Notes: a model not told the origin generated them from the letters alone. A stretch of 64,000 nucleotides of DNA from Bacteroidales bacterium (GCA_017882335.1 JADGPR010000009.1:990-64989), one strand, 5' to 3'; shown: positions 48,881-58,846, numbered from the stretch's first letter. Translations and numbers: made by a program.

Positions 48881-49978
48881 ATGAAAAAACTTATATTCAT
48901 TCCAATCTTCCTTTTTGGATTCCTGTTCCTCTTATCCTCCGCAAGGGGGCAGGATCCTAACTATTCACAGTTCTTCAGTACTCCTTTGTACTACAATCCG
49001 GCATATACGGGAATCAATACGGGAGTAAGGGCGCGGTTTACCTTCCGGGATCAATGGCCAAATTTACCGGTGGATTTTCGTTCCTATTACTTTTCGGCAG
49101 ATCTTGGCGACAGGAATTTGCCTGGTTCCGGTGGATTAGGCCTGATCGTCAATTCCGATAATGAGGGGATTGGGTTTATTAAAAATCTCTCTGTTGGGTT
49201 ATCAGTTGGCGTCAGGATCCCAATCAGCGCGACAGTGGTTAGCCAGGTTGGGATTAAAGCCGCTATTGTTCAGAAGAGTTTGAATTGGGATAATTTTGTT
49301 TTCAGTGATCAATTGAGTGAAAAGTACGGAAACATCTACCTGAGTGCCTTCGTCCCTCCCGATGCAAACAAAAAAGTTTTTCCTGATTTTGGCGCAGGAG
49401 GCTTAATTCAGTTCGCCAATCCCGAAGGGACTGTGACCGGAGTAGCCGGATTTGCCGTGGATCATATTTTCCGCCCCGACGAAGCTTTTCTCTCATACAG
49501 CAATGCTCCTTTACCAAGGAAGTTTGTAGCCCATCTTGATATTGTGATTGCTGCTGGTGGTGGGGCCTCTTCTTCCATGTATGCATCCGGGGGAGGCAAT
49601 GACCCCATGAAGATCAATCCTGGGATCATTTACCAGAATCAGAATAACATGAATTCCCTGGAAGTTGGTTTTAATATGCTCAAGTACAATATCTATCTGG
49701 GTGGATGGTACAAGTCAGGATTAAATAACTTCCCGACCAGTTCACTTGCGCTGGTAGCAGGCTACCGCTATACATTCGCAGAAGATATGAGCATCAAATT
49801 CATGTATAGCTATGATCTGATGATTTTAGGAAGTAATCAGGGACTGGGTGGCGCACATGAGATCAGCCTGATCCTGGAATTTGATAAGCTTTCGATCTTT
49901 GGAGGAGGTAGCGGCGTAAATACTCCTGGTCGTTCGATGCGAAACAATGCTGCTCTTGAATGCCCGAGTTTCTATTAA
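48881..49978 (+). CDS. PorP/SprF-family type IX secretion system membrane protein
   Basis: 365 aa with a signal peptide followed by QDPNYSQFFSTPLYYNPAYTG, the hallmark N-terminus of PorP/SprF. Begins 19 nt after the giant gene. Confidence 0.85.
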   Translation: MKKLIFIPIFLFGFLFLLSSARGQDPNYSQFFSTPLYYNPAYTGINTGVRARFTFRDQWPNLPVDFRSYYFSADLGDRNLPGSGGLGLIVNSDNEGIGFIKNLSVGLSVGVRIPISATVVSQVGIKAAIVQKSLNWDNFVFSDQLSEKYGNIYLSAFVPPDANKKVFPDFGAGGLIQFANPEGTVTGVAGFAVDHIFRPDEAFLSYSNAPLPRKFVAHLDIVIAAGGGASSSMYASGGGNDPMKINPGIIYQNQNNMNSLEVGFNMLKYNIYLGGWYKSGLNNFPTSSLALVAGYRYTFAEDMSIKFMYSYDLMILGSNQGLGGAHEISLILEFDKLSIFGGGSGVNTPGRSMRNNAALECPSFY

Positions 49979-50018
49979 TCCCGGGTTAATCTCTCCCCGG
50001 GGATTATTATCAGGGCCT

Positions 50019-50819
50019 TTAGAGATCCGAATACATTTTTAACATCGATTTGCTGACAAGTGTTCCGGAAAATTTTCTTGGTATTACCCGGGTAAGAAAA
50101 TAATAGAATAACCTGTTTTTCCATCCCGGAATACAAACCGGTCTATTCCCCAGCATCTTTAAGGCGTATGTTGCTACCTCCAGGGGTTGCATTATTTCTA
50201 TGATCTTGCTCTGGTTTCTGGGATTACTGTTCCAGTAAGTAGGGGTTGATGTTGGTCCTGCACAACAGGCTAACATATCGACTTTGTCATTTTTCAGTTC
50301 ATAAAATAAAGATTCAGAGAAAATAATCGAAAATGCTTTTGTCGCGGCATAAGGTGCAGCCAATGCAGGCCCCAGCAGCCCGGCAAGAGAAGACATCAGG
50401 ATGATTCCGAATCGTTGTCCTTTTTGCTTACGCCTTAAAAATGAGTGAACAAGATGAACTGGTGTCCTGACATTGAGCGACAAGAACCGGTCTATCTCCT
50501 CTGCAGTGTAATCAGCAAATTTCCCGACCGGGCTGAAAGCAGGAACATAAATCATTAACCGGAAATCAATTTCTTTGACTTTATCAAGACAATCCCGGCT
50601 GGCATTTTCTTCTGAAAGATCCTGATGCAGCCGGACCGTTGTAATCCCATGAATCGTTTCTAATTCATCCGCCAATAAATTCAATGAAGGAAGATTGTTA
50701 TCTGCAAGAATGAGATTCATACCGTATCCTGCAAGCGTGGTTGAAAATGCCGCGCCTATTCCTTCGGCCGCACCGGCAATCAATGCCCATTCCCCATACC
50801 TTGAAACAAAGTCATTCAT
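50019..50819 (-). CDS. SDR-family oxidoreductase
   Basis: 266 aa with a glycine-rich NAD(P) motif (IAGAAEGIGAAF) and catalytic YAATKAF (YxxxK). Confidence 0.85.
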   Translation of the reverse strand: MNDFVSRYGEWALIAGAAEGIGAAFSTTLAGYGMNLILADNNLPSLNLLADELETIHGITTVRLHQDLSEENASRDCLDKVKEIDFRLMIYVPAFSPVGKFADYTAEEIDRFLSLNVRTPVHLVHSFLRRKQKGQRFGIILMSSLAGLLGPALAAPYAATKAFSIIFSESLFYELKNDKVDMLACCAGPTSTPTYWNSNPRNQSKIIEIMQPLEVATYALKMLGNRPVCIPGWKNRLFYYFLTRVIPRKFSGTLVSKSMLKMYSDL

Positions 50820-50828
50820 GGAAATTTC

Positions 50829-50836
50829 TAACTTTG
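50829..50836 (+). promoter_or_regulatory. -7 box TAacTTTG upstream of the DUF1214-like/sulfotransferase/SDR operon
   Basis: TAnnTTTG match about 100 nt upstream of ATG 50937. Confidence 0.35.
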
Positions 50837-50936
50837 CCTTTTATCTTGTGAGCTGCAATAATAGTTATTTCTTTTCAGTATGAGGAATTTGTTGTTTTTA
50901 TTTTTACATGTCCTGAAATTATTCCGGCGGTTAACT

Positions 50937-52076
50937 ATGAAAATCAGGAGAATAAAACAGGAAGACGTCCATGCCGAAAGGGTGGTTACCGGTAAATCGT
51001 GGGAGGATTTTTGCGATCATCTTAAAGCTGCAGGGGCAGCGTTGATGTATCCGGGAACTCCGGTTGACGCTTTTCAGCAAGCGGAAGGGTTACGTTACCT
51101 GACCCGGCTGACCCGTGCAGGTCTTGAAGCATTTGTTGAATATAATGATCCTGCATTTCCTGTTCTCAGGAGAATGGTGCATGAAACTGTAAAAATGGGG
51201 GCAGATAATCCGGATAATCACTATTTCAATGCCCAGATCAGCGGAAATTATGAATACCGTATCACCGGAAAACGAAATACCGTACATTATCTTGGGTTTT
51301 TTACGCAGAACGGAAATTATGGTACTACCGGGGAACTAACGCCCTGTGGGAAGCTGGATCATTCTGAGCTGGAACTTATGCCCGACGGGAGTTTCGAAAT
51401 CATTCTGAGCAAAACAAAAAAAGGAACGAACTGGCTTAAGATCGAAGATGAAACCGGGTTGGTGTTAGTAAGACAGACCTTCTCAGACCGTTCCATCGAA
51501 GTGCCGGCAAAACTGTACATCGAGAACCTGGACGAACGACGGGCTCCTGATCCTGTTACACCCGGGATGATCGACGAAGGGTTGAAAACAGCTTCCCTGT
51601 TTGTTGCCGGAGCGCCAATTCTTTTTGCCCGGTGGGCAAAAGGGTTTCAAAAACACACGAACCAGCTTCCGTTATTTGATCCGGAAACCTCCAATAAGGC
51701 AGGAGGCGATCCAAGCATCTTTTATTATCATAGTCACTGGAAATTAGCCTCAGATGAAGCACTGGTAATAAACGTGAAGCCACCAGATTGCGATTCGTGG
51801 AACTTCCAGTTAAATAATTATTGGATGGAATCGCTTGATTACCGGTATTTTCATATCTGCATAAACAAAGCGGCTGCAGTCTTTAATAGGGATGGAAGCG
51901 TAACAGTAGTTGTTGCCCACCGATACCCCGGGCTTCCGAACTGGATAGAAACCGCCGGTCACACGGAAGGCACCATGTGCTGGCGCTGGTACAGGCTCAT
52001 GCACGGGGAAACCCCTGTAACTCCATCGTGCAGGTTGATGAAGATCGACGAAGTAAAATCCTTTTTGAATTCATAG
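50937..52076 (+). CDS. DUF1214-like protein
   Basis: Track ORF 50880-52076 trimmed to MKIRRIK (50937). The C-terminal WNFQLNNYWMESLDY...GSVTVVVAH...PNWIETAGHTEGTMCWRWY resembles the DUF1214 pattern. Assignment is from memory only. Confidence 0.5.
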   Translation: MKIRRIKQEDVHAERVVTGKSWEDFCDHLKAAGAALMYPGTPVDAFQQAEGLRYLTRLTRAGLEAFVEYNDPAFPVLRRMVHETVKMGADNPDNHYFNAQISGNYEYRITGKRNTVHYLGFFTQNGNYGTTGELTPCGKLDHSELELMPDGSFEIILSKTKKGTNWLKIEDETGLVLVRQTFSDRSIEVPAKLYIENLDERRAPDPVTPGMIDEGLKTASLFVAGAPILFARWAKGFQKHTNQLPLFDPETSNKAGGDPSIFYYHSHWKLASDEALVINVKPPDCDSWNFQLNNYWMESLDYRYFHICINKAAAVFNRDGSVTVVVAHRYPGLPNWIETAGHTEGTMCWRWYRLMHGETPVTPSCRLMKIDEVKSFLNS

Positions 52077-52105
52077 AAAAATAAAAAGAAGATCAACCGC
52101 GAAAA

Positions 52106-53359
52106 ATGAAATCTGACAGTATAGCTCATTCCCGGAATTTTGAGAAACGCCCGTTCTGGTTTACCCTTGTGAATAGTTCCTGGAAAGCTACCTATTTCCT
52201 CGGCACGAAGATAAAACTTGATAAGGATGAGCTGATTCGTTCGGCAAAGAAAGTTACCGGCCTGGATGACCTGGGAAAAGATTTTTCTGATGAACCATTG
52301 GAAAAGCTGTTACGATCTGTGAATGAAGAAGCGGACCTGCATCCTGTCGGAAGATTCATCACACGCCAGCGGTTTATCAGCCTGTTAAGTATCCGGCTCC
52401 GGGCAGAGTACTTCTTCCACCGTCATCCCGAAATACTGGAACAGCCCTTATATCCCTCGTGGATCATCATCGGACTGCAGCGAACAGGTACCACAAAACT
52501 TCAACGCTTGCTGGCCGCCGATCCCGATCACCGGGTGATACCCAGCTGGGAGGTTATCAATCCCATTCCTCTTACCCTGAATGAAAAGGCCCGGGATAAA
52601 CGGATTGCTGTTGCAAGAACTTCCGTAAGAGCATTAAAACTGATATCACCTGGTTTTTTTGCCATTCATCCGATTGACATCTATGAGCCGGAAGAAGATA
52701 TTCTGCTCCTGGATGTGAGTTTTTTAAGTACCACTCCGGAAGCCATGATGCATGTTCCTTCCTATGCTGACTGGCTGGAGAAGACCGATCAATCAGCTGC
52801 ATACGCCTATGCAGCTAAGCTCCTGAAATTTATGCAGTGGAAGAAGCCTGCAAAACGCTGGGTGCTTAAAACGCCCCATCATCTTGAATTTCCGGACCTC
52901 ATCGAAAAACATTTTGGAGAAGTCCATTACTTGTGGCCGCACCGCCGGATTTATGAATCGGTTCCTTCTTTCCTGAGTATGGTGACCTATAATCACATGA
53001 TCTTCAGCGATCATGTTGACGAAATAAGAATTGCTGCTCATTGGATCAGAAAAACCGGTTATATGCTGGATAAAGCCTTGGATTACCGGGCAAAAGATAA
53101 CAATCCTGCGAGGTTTACCGACATTTACTATGACGATCTGATCCGGAATTCAGAGAAGGAGCTTTCCAGGATATACTCGTTGGATGGCGGATTAACACCG
53201 GAATTGATCACACGGTTTGGAATACATGAACAGGATCATCCTCACCGGAAATATGGTACGCACCACTATTCACTCGCCGATTTTGGCCTGACAGAAGCAG
53301 ATATCGACAAACACACAAGCCGATACCAAAAATTCATCTCAGAACGCTATGGCCGATAA
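52106..53359 (+). CDS. Sulfotransferase-family protein (Sulfotransfer_3-like)
   Basis: 417 aa with a PAPS 5'-phosphosulfate-binding loop (IIGLQRTGTTKLQRLL) and a later LKTPHHLEF segment. Confidence 0.7.
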   Translation: MKSDSIAHSRNFEKRPFWFTLVNSSWKATYFLGTKIKLDKDELIRSAKKVTGLDDLGKDFSDEPLEKLLRSVNEEADLHPVGRFITRQRFISLLSIRLRAEYFFHRHPEILEQPLYPSWIIIGLQRTGTTKLQRLLAADPDHRVIPSWEVINPIPLTLNEKARDKRIAVARTSVRALKLISPGFFAIHPIDIYEPEEDILLLDVSFLSTTPEAMMHVPSYADWLEKTDQSAAYAYAAKLLKFMQWKKPAKRWVLKTPHHLEFPDLIEKHFGEVHYLWPHRRIYESVPSFLSMVTYNHMIFSDHVDEIRIAAHWIRKTGYMLDKALDYRAKDNNPARFTDIYYDDLIRNSEKELSRIYSLDGGLTPELITRFGIHEQDHPHRKYGTHHYSLADFGLTEADIDKHTSRYQKFISERYGR

Positions 53360-54341
53360 TAAACAAGAGAAGTACAGCAATCCTTTCAACGCTACATTCA
53401 CAGGGATCATGGACCTCTTCCGGAAACATGAACCTGCAGGTGAATTGAAGCCTACCGACCGCTTTGACGGAAAGACTGTTCTGGTCGACGGGGCGAGTTC
53501 AGGGCTTGGTTTTGCAATAGCCATTGAAGTGGCCAGGAGAGGGGCAAAGGTCATCATGGTCTGTCGCAGCGGGATCCCCGGAAAAGGAGAAAAGGTTAAA
53601 AGACTGTCCCGTTCGGACGATATTCACATGTTACAAGTCGATTATTCAGACCTGTTATCCATCCGGCGGCTGGTAGCCGGTATCCGCGATCAATTCGGAA
53701 AGATCGACATCCTGATCTGCAATGCAGGCCTGGTTCCGAAGAAAAGCCGGAAAACACCGCAGGGACTTGAAGAGATGTTCATGGTGAATTATTTGTCGAA
53801 GTTCATTTTTGTGAATCTTCTGTTAAAGGAAAATTGCTTCCGGCATTCTGGTTCCGGCCATCCGAGGATCATTTTCGTTTCCTCGGAAACACACCGGAAT
53901 CCAAGGAAATTTGATTGGGATTCTTTTGGCGTTTACAAGGAATACAGCATCAACAAAAGCCTTGAACTCTACGGATATTATAAATTACTACTGACCACCT
54001 TTGCAGTGGAATTATCCCGGAGGCTGAATGCTGATGAGTTTAAATATTCCGTTTTTGCCATCTGTCCCGGTCCCATCAACTCGAACATCGGAAGAGAAGC
54101 GCCGAAAATTTTCCATCCTCTGATGAAGCTGATATTTGCACTCTTTTTCAAATCACCCCCGAGGGCGGCCATCCCGGTTGTTTACCTGGCAGCTTCCCCC
54201 GACATGGAAAATAAGCCTTTCGATTATCTCTTCCTTATGAGCCGGGAGGAAGCAGATGAAAAAGCCCTCAATCCGGAGAACGGGAAGAGATTGTGGGAGA
54301 TGTCAGTGCAGTTGGTAGAATCTATTTGGGTGCTGGATTAA
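53349..54341 (+). CDS. SDR-family oxidoreductase
   Basis: 330 aa with TVLVDGASSGLGFAIA, NAG and YGYYK (YxxxK). Overlaps the sulfotransferase 3' end by 11 nt. Confidence 0.85.
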   Translation: MADNKQEKYSNPFNATFTGIMDLFRKHEPAGELKPTDRFDGKTVLVDGASSGLGFAIAIEVARRGAKVIMVCRSGIPGKGEKVKRLSRSDDIHMLQVDYSDLLSIRRLVAGIRDQFGKIDILICNAGLVPKKSRKTPQGLEEMFMVNYLSKFIFVNLLLKENCFRHSGSGHPRIIFVSSETHRNPRKFDWDSFGVYKEYSINKSLELYGYYKLLLTTFAVELSRRLNADEFKYSVFAICPGPINSNIGREAPKIFHPLMKLIFALFFKSPPRAAIPVVYLAASPDMENKPFDYLFLMSREEADEKALNPENGKRLWEMSVQLVESIWVLD

Positions 54342-54443
54342 TTGATAATGGATAATTGAAAATTGATAATGATTTCGCAATTTCGCAATTTCGCTATTTT
54401 ATTTGTGACTTTGTGACTCTGTGACTTTGTAACTTTGTGACTT
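54341..54443. repeat. Concatenated tandem word repeats: (attgataat)n, (atttcgca)n, (tgtgactt)n
   Basis: attgataatggataattgaaaattgataatg atttcgcaatttcgcaatttcgctatttt ... tgtgactttgtgactctgtgactttgtaactttgtgactt. Confidence 0.8.
54430..54437 (+). promoter_or_regulatory. -7 box TAacTTTG upstream of carA, formed by a one-base variant of the tgtgactt repeat word
   Basis: gtaactttg versus the repeat unit gtgactttg, 30 nt upstream of GTG 54467. Confidence 0.4.
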
Positions 54444-54466
54444 CTTAATGGCATAAAACATACTTA

Positions 54467-55546
54467 GTGGCACAGCTCCTGCTTGATGACGGAACACGGA
54501 TAACGGGAAAACCTTTTGGGGCTTTGTGTTCCGTTTCAGGAGAAGTGGTTTTCAACACCGCCATGACCGGCTACCCGGAAAGCCTTACAGATCCTTCATA
54601 CAAAGGTCAAATCCTGGTATTGACCTATCCGCTGATCGGGAATTACGGCGTTCCGGGGAAAGCGATCCAGGAAAATCTTTCGAAATATTTCGAATCGGAC
54701 CGTATCCATATTTCCGGGCTGGTCATCTCGAGTTATTCCGCGGAATACAGTCACTGGAATGCACTGGAAAACCTTTCCGACTGGCTCCTGGCGCATAACG
54801 TTCCGGGGATCAGCGGGATAGATACCCGTGCGCTCGTCAAGCTACTTCGCGAACGGGGTACTATGCTCGGGAAGCTTTTCCAAAATGATGAAGACGAGGT
54901 CGAATTTTACGATCCCAACAAGGATAACCTTGTCGAACAGGTCAGCATCAGGGAGAAGATCACCTACCCGGGCAATGAAAACCGGATCATCCTTGTCGAT
55001 TGCGGTGTCAAAAATAACATCATCCGTTGCCTGATGGATACCGGCGCCACCGTGATCCGGGTTCCATGGGACTATGATTTTACCCAGGAGGATTATGACG
55101 GGCTCGTGGTTTCAAACGGTCCCGGCGATCCGCAGATGTGCAGGGAAACGATCGGAAATCTTGAAAAAGCCATTGCATCAGGTAGACCCATCTTCGGTAT
55201 TTGCCTTGGAAACCAACTCCTGGCCATTGCTGCCGGGGCCACTACCTATAAACTTAAATACGGCCACCGGGGATACAACCAACCGGTATTATTGTGCGGG
55301 ACAAAAAAGACCTATATTACCTCCCAGAATCATGGGTTCGCAGTGGATGACAGCCATCTTGGCAAGGATTGGAAACCCTTTTTTATCAACCTGAACGACG
55401 GGACCAACGAAGGGATCCGTCATAAGAAGAAACCTTTTTTCTCAACGCAATTCCACCCTGAGGCTTCGGGCGGACCTACCGATACACGGTTTCTCTTTGA
55501 CGATTTTATGGACCTGGTCCAAGCTTTCAAAATGAAAAGAAAATGA
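54467..55546 (+). CDS. carA: Carbamoyl-phosphate synthase small (glutaminase) subunit
   Basis: 359 aa with a GTG start, FNTAMTGYPESLTDPSY, GICLGNQLL (catalytic Cys) and QFHPEA. Overlaps carB in ATGA. Confidence 0.95.
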   Translation: MAQLLLDDGTRITGKPFGALCSVSGEVVFNTAMTGYPESLTDPSYKGQILVLTYPLIGNYGVPGKAIQENLSKYFESDRIHISGLVISSYSAEYSHWNALENLSDWLLAHNVPGISGIDTRALVKLLRERGTMLGKLFQNDEDEVEFYDPNKDNLVEQVSIREKITYPGNENRIILVDCGVKNNIIRCLMDTGATVIRVPWDYDFTQEDYDGLVVSNGPGDPQMCRETIGNLEKAIASGRPIFGICLGNQLLAIAAGATTYKLKYGHRGYNQPVLLCGTKKTYITSQNHGFAVDDSHLGKDWKPFFINLNDGTNEGIRHKKKPFFSTQFHPEASGGPTDTRFLFDDFMDLVQAFKMKRK

Positions 55547-58500
55547 GAAAGGGGATCCATAAAGTGCTTATCCTGGGATCCGGGGCTCTCAAGATTGGTG
55601 AAGCCGGAGAATTCGACTATTCCGGTTCGCAGGCATTGAAAGCGTTGAAAGAGGAAGGGATCGAAACGGTATTGATCAACCCGAACATTGCCACCATCCA
55701 GACTTCCGATAAGATCGCCGATAAGGTCTATTTCCTGCCTGTTACACCCTATTTTGTTGAAGCGGTGATCCGCAAGGAAAATCCTGACGGGATCCTGCTT
55801 GCTTTTGGGGGCCAGACGGCACTCAACTGCGGAGTTTTGCTATACCGTGCAGGAGTATTCACTAAATACAAGGTACGTGTATTGGGAACTCCGGTTGAGA
55901 CCATCATCAGCACTGAAGACAGGGAGCTGTTTTGCAGGAAACTGGATGAGATCCAGGTGCATACCCCGCGTAGTGTTGCCGTTACCGATGCGGAAAGCGC
56001 CAGGAAAGCTGCCGAACAGGTTGGCTACCCATTGATCATCCGGGCTGCCTTTGCACTGGGAGGACAGGGAAGCGGGTTCTGTTCCAATGAGAACGAGCTT
56101 GACTTGCTCGTTGCCAAAGCATTTTCTTATTCCAACCAGATCCTTATCGAGGAATCGCTGAAAGGCTGGAAGGAGATCGAATATGAAGTAGTCCGTGACA
56201 GTCACGACAATTGTATCACGGTATGCAACATGGAGAATTTCGACCCCCTGGGCATCCATACCGGCGAAAGTATTGTAGTTGCCCCTTCGCAGACCCTTTC
56301 CAACCTTGAATATTACAAGCTCCGGGAGTTGTCGATTCGCGTGATCCGCCACCTGGGTGTCGTCGGTGAATGCAATATCCAGTATGCACTCAACCCGGAA
56401 TCGGAAGATTACCGGGTGATCGAGGTGAATGCCCGGCTGTCAAGGTCTTCCGCGCTTGCCTCAAAGGCGACCGGCTACCCGCTGGCATTTGTCGCTGCCA
56501 AGCTGGCCCTGGGATATGGACTGCACGAGCTGAAGAATTCTGTGACAAAGACCACAACGGCCTGCTTTGAACCGGCGCTGGATTACATCGTATGCAAGAT
56601 CCCTCGATGGGACCTTGGTAAGTTCGTGGGCGTGTCGAAGCAGATCGGATCAAGCATGAAAAGCGTAGGCGAGATCATGGCCATCGGGCGGACATTTGAA
56701 GAAGCCATTCAGAAAGGGTTACGGATGATAGGGCAAGGGATGCACGGTTTTATCGGCAACAAGGAGCTGCGAGCCAATGACCTGGAAAATGAGCTTTCCA
56801 ATCCCACCGACATCAGGATCTTCCATATTGCCCAGGCATTTGCAGAAGGCTATTCGGTTGAAAAGCTCTGGGAACTGACCCGGATCGATAAATGGTTTTT
56901 GTACCGGTTGAAAAACATATTTGATACAGGGCAGATCCTTGAAAAATATAATGACATCCGGGAAGTTCCTGACGACCTGATCCTGGATGCCAAGCGATTC
57001 GGATTTTCCGATTTCCAGCTAGCCCGGCTGGTATTCAAGACCGGAAAAAGGAACCCGGAACCCGATATGCTGACAATCCGTGAATACCGGAAAGAAAAGA
57101 ATATCATCCCCTATGTAAAGCAGATCGATACCCTTGCGGCAGAATATCCCGCTCAGACAAACTACCTTTACCTGACTTATAGCGGCAGCGAACATGATGT
57201 GGATTTCCTGCATGACCGGGGATCGGTGATCGTCCTGGGCAGCGGCGCATATCGGATCGGGAGTTCGGTTGAGTTCGACTGGTGCAGTGTCAACACGTTG
57301 AACGCCATAAAAGATGCAGGATACAGGTCGATCATGATAAATTACAATCCCGAAACGGTCAGTACGGATTATGATATCTGTGACCGGCTTTATTTTGATG
57401 AGCTTTCATTTGAACGTGTGATGGACATCGTTGAGCTGGAAGATCCCAAAGGGATCATCCTTTCGATGGGAGGCCAGATCCCCAACAACCTTGCCATGCG
57501 GCTTCACAAGATGGATGTGCCGGTCCTGGGAACATCACCTGTTTCGGTTGACAACGCCGAAGACCGGCATAAATTTTCTTCCATGCTGGACAGGCTGGAA
57601 ATTGATCAGCCCCGGTGGAAAGAACTTTCAACGCTGGAAGACATCTATGCTTTCACAGAACTAGTCGGCTTCCCTGTGTTGATTCGTCCTTCCTATGTGC
57701 TCTCCGGAGCTGCCATGAACGTGGTTTCCAACAAAAGCGAATTGGAGTATTTCCTGACACTGGCAACCAATGTCTCCAAAGAACACCCGGTGGTCGTATC
57801 AGAATTCATCGAGGAAGCCAAGGAGATCGAGATCGATGCTGTGGCTAAGGAAGGAGAGATCGTTGCTTATGCCATTTCGGAGCACATTGAATTTGCCGGA
57901 GTTCATTCCGGCGATGCGACGATCATTTTTCCTCCGCAGAAGATCTATGTGGAAACAATCCGACGGATCAAGCGCATCAGCCGTGACATAGCCCGGTCGT
58001 TACAGATCTCCGGACCGTTCAACATCCAGTTTCTTGCCAAGGACAATGATATCAAAGTTATTGAATGCAACCTTAGGGCTTCGAGGAGTTTCCCGTTTGT
58101 TTCCAAAGTACTGAAAATAAATTTCATTGATATCGCAACCCGGGTCATGCTTGGGATACCATTTGATAAGCCGGATAAATCCTTCTTCGATATTGATTAC
58201 ATTGGGGTGAAGGCTCCCCAGTTTTCTTTCTCGCGGCTTCAAAAAGCGGATCCGATGCTGGGGGTTGACATGGCTTCAACCGGCGAGGTGGGCTGTATCG
58301 GCGATACCGTTTACGAAGCCGTGCTGAAGTCCATGCTTTCCGTCGGATACCGCATTCCGGAGAAAAACATTCTGATCTCATCGGGACCGGTAAAATCCAA
58401 GACGATCCTGCTGGAAGGTTGCCGGATGCTGGCCGAAAAGAGGTTCCATATTTTTGCCACAAGAGGAACTGCAGAGTTCCTTCAGGATAATGGCATTGAC

Positions 58501-58761
58501 TCGACCATCCTTCATTGGCCCGATGAGGATGCCTCTCCCAATGTGATGGAATACCTGAAAGATCATAAAATCGATCTTGTGATCAACATCCCGAAGAACC
58601 TTTCAAAGGATGAGCTCTATAATGATTACACCATCCGCCGTGCAGCAATCGATTTCAACGTACCGCTGATCACCAATGCCAACCTGGCAAATGTGTTCGT
58701 AATGGCATTCTGCAAACTGAAACCGGAAGATCTGGAGATCAAATGCTGGCAGGAATACTAG
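55543..58761 (+). CDS. carB: Carbamoyl-phosphate synthase large subunit
   Basis: 1072 aa with duplicated ATP-grasp halves (VLILGSGALKIGEAGEFDYSG; VIVLGSGAYRIGSSVEFDW) and an MGS-like C-terminus. Confidence 0.97.
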   Translation: MRKGIHKVLILGSGALKIGEAGEFDYSGSQALKALKEEGIETVLINPNIATIQTSDKIADKVYFLPVTPYFVEAVIRKENPDGILLAFGGQTALNCGVLLYRAGVFTKYKVRVLGTPVETIISTEDRELFCRKLDEIQVHTPRSVAVTDAESARKAAEQVGYPLIIRAAFALGGQGSGFCSNENELDLLVAKAFSYSNQILIEESLKGWKEIEYEVVRDSHDNCITVCNMENFDPLGIHTGESIVVAPSQTLSNLEYYKLRELSIRVIRHLGVVGECNIQYALNPESEDYRVIEVNARLSRSSALASKATGYPLAFVAAKLALGYGLHELKNSVTKTTTACFEPALDYIVCKIPRWDLGKFVGVSKQIGSSMKSVGEIMAIGRTFEEAIQKGLRMIGQGMHGFIGNKELRANDLENELSNPTDIRIFHIAQAFAEGYSVEKLWELTRIDKWFLYRLKNIFDTGQILEKYNDIREVPDDLILDAKRFGFSDFQLARLVFKTGKRNPEPDMLTIREYRKEKNIIPYVKQIDTLAAEYPAQTNYLYLTYSGSEHDVDFLHDRGSVIVLGSGAYRIGSSVEFDWCSVNTLNAIKDAGYRSIMINYNPETVSTDYDICDRLYFDELSFERVMDIVELEDPKGIILSMGGQIPNNLAMRLHKMDVPVLGTSPVSVDNAEDRHKFSSMLDRLEIDQPRWKELSTLEDIYAFTELVGFPVLIRPSYVLSGAAMNVVSNKSELEYFLTLATNVSKEHPVVVSEFIEEAKEIEIDAVAKEGEIVAYAISEHIEFAGVHSGDATIIFPPQKIYVETIRRIKRISRDIARSLQISGPFNIQFLAKDNDIKVIECNLRASRSFPFVSKVLKINFIDIATRVMLGIPFDKPDKSFFDIDYIGVKAPQFSFSRLQKADPMLGVDMASTGEVGCIGDTVYEAVLKSMLSVGYRIPEKNILISSGPVKSKTILLEGCRMLAEKRFHIFATRGTAEFLQDNGIDSTILHWPDEDASPNVMEYLKDHKIDLVINIPKNLSKDELYNDYTIRRAAIDFNVPLITNANLANVFVMAFCKLKPEDLEIKCWQEY

Positions 58762-58825
58762 ACGAAGGGAATTCAGAATTCAGAATGCAGTAAACTATAG
58801 ACCCTTGCTGGTTAGTGTGCCTTAT

Positions 58826-58846
58826 CACTGCTCGTCTCTGACGAGC
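58826..58846. repeat. Hairpin module D (cactgctcgtctctgacgagc), 65 nt downstream of the carB stop; candidate terminator
   Basis: 7-bp stem gctcgtc/gacgagc. A near-identical copy with shared flanks (gtgcct..tcactgctcgtct.tgacgagc.tta) lies at 15286-15306 next to another gene 3' end. Confidence 0.55.

Noticed and set aside
49975-50012. cccggg / ccccgggg palindromes between the convergent PorP/SprF and SDR genes as a bidirectional terminator
   Set aside because: Each half is self-complementary, so the pairing is ambiguous. The stems are short and no clear T or A tracts follow. Too weak to call.
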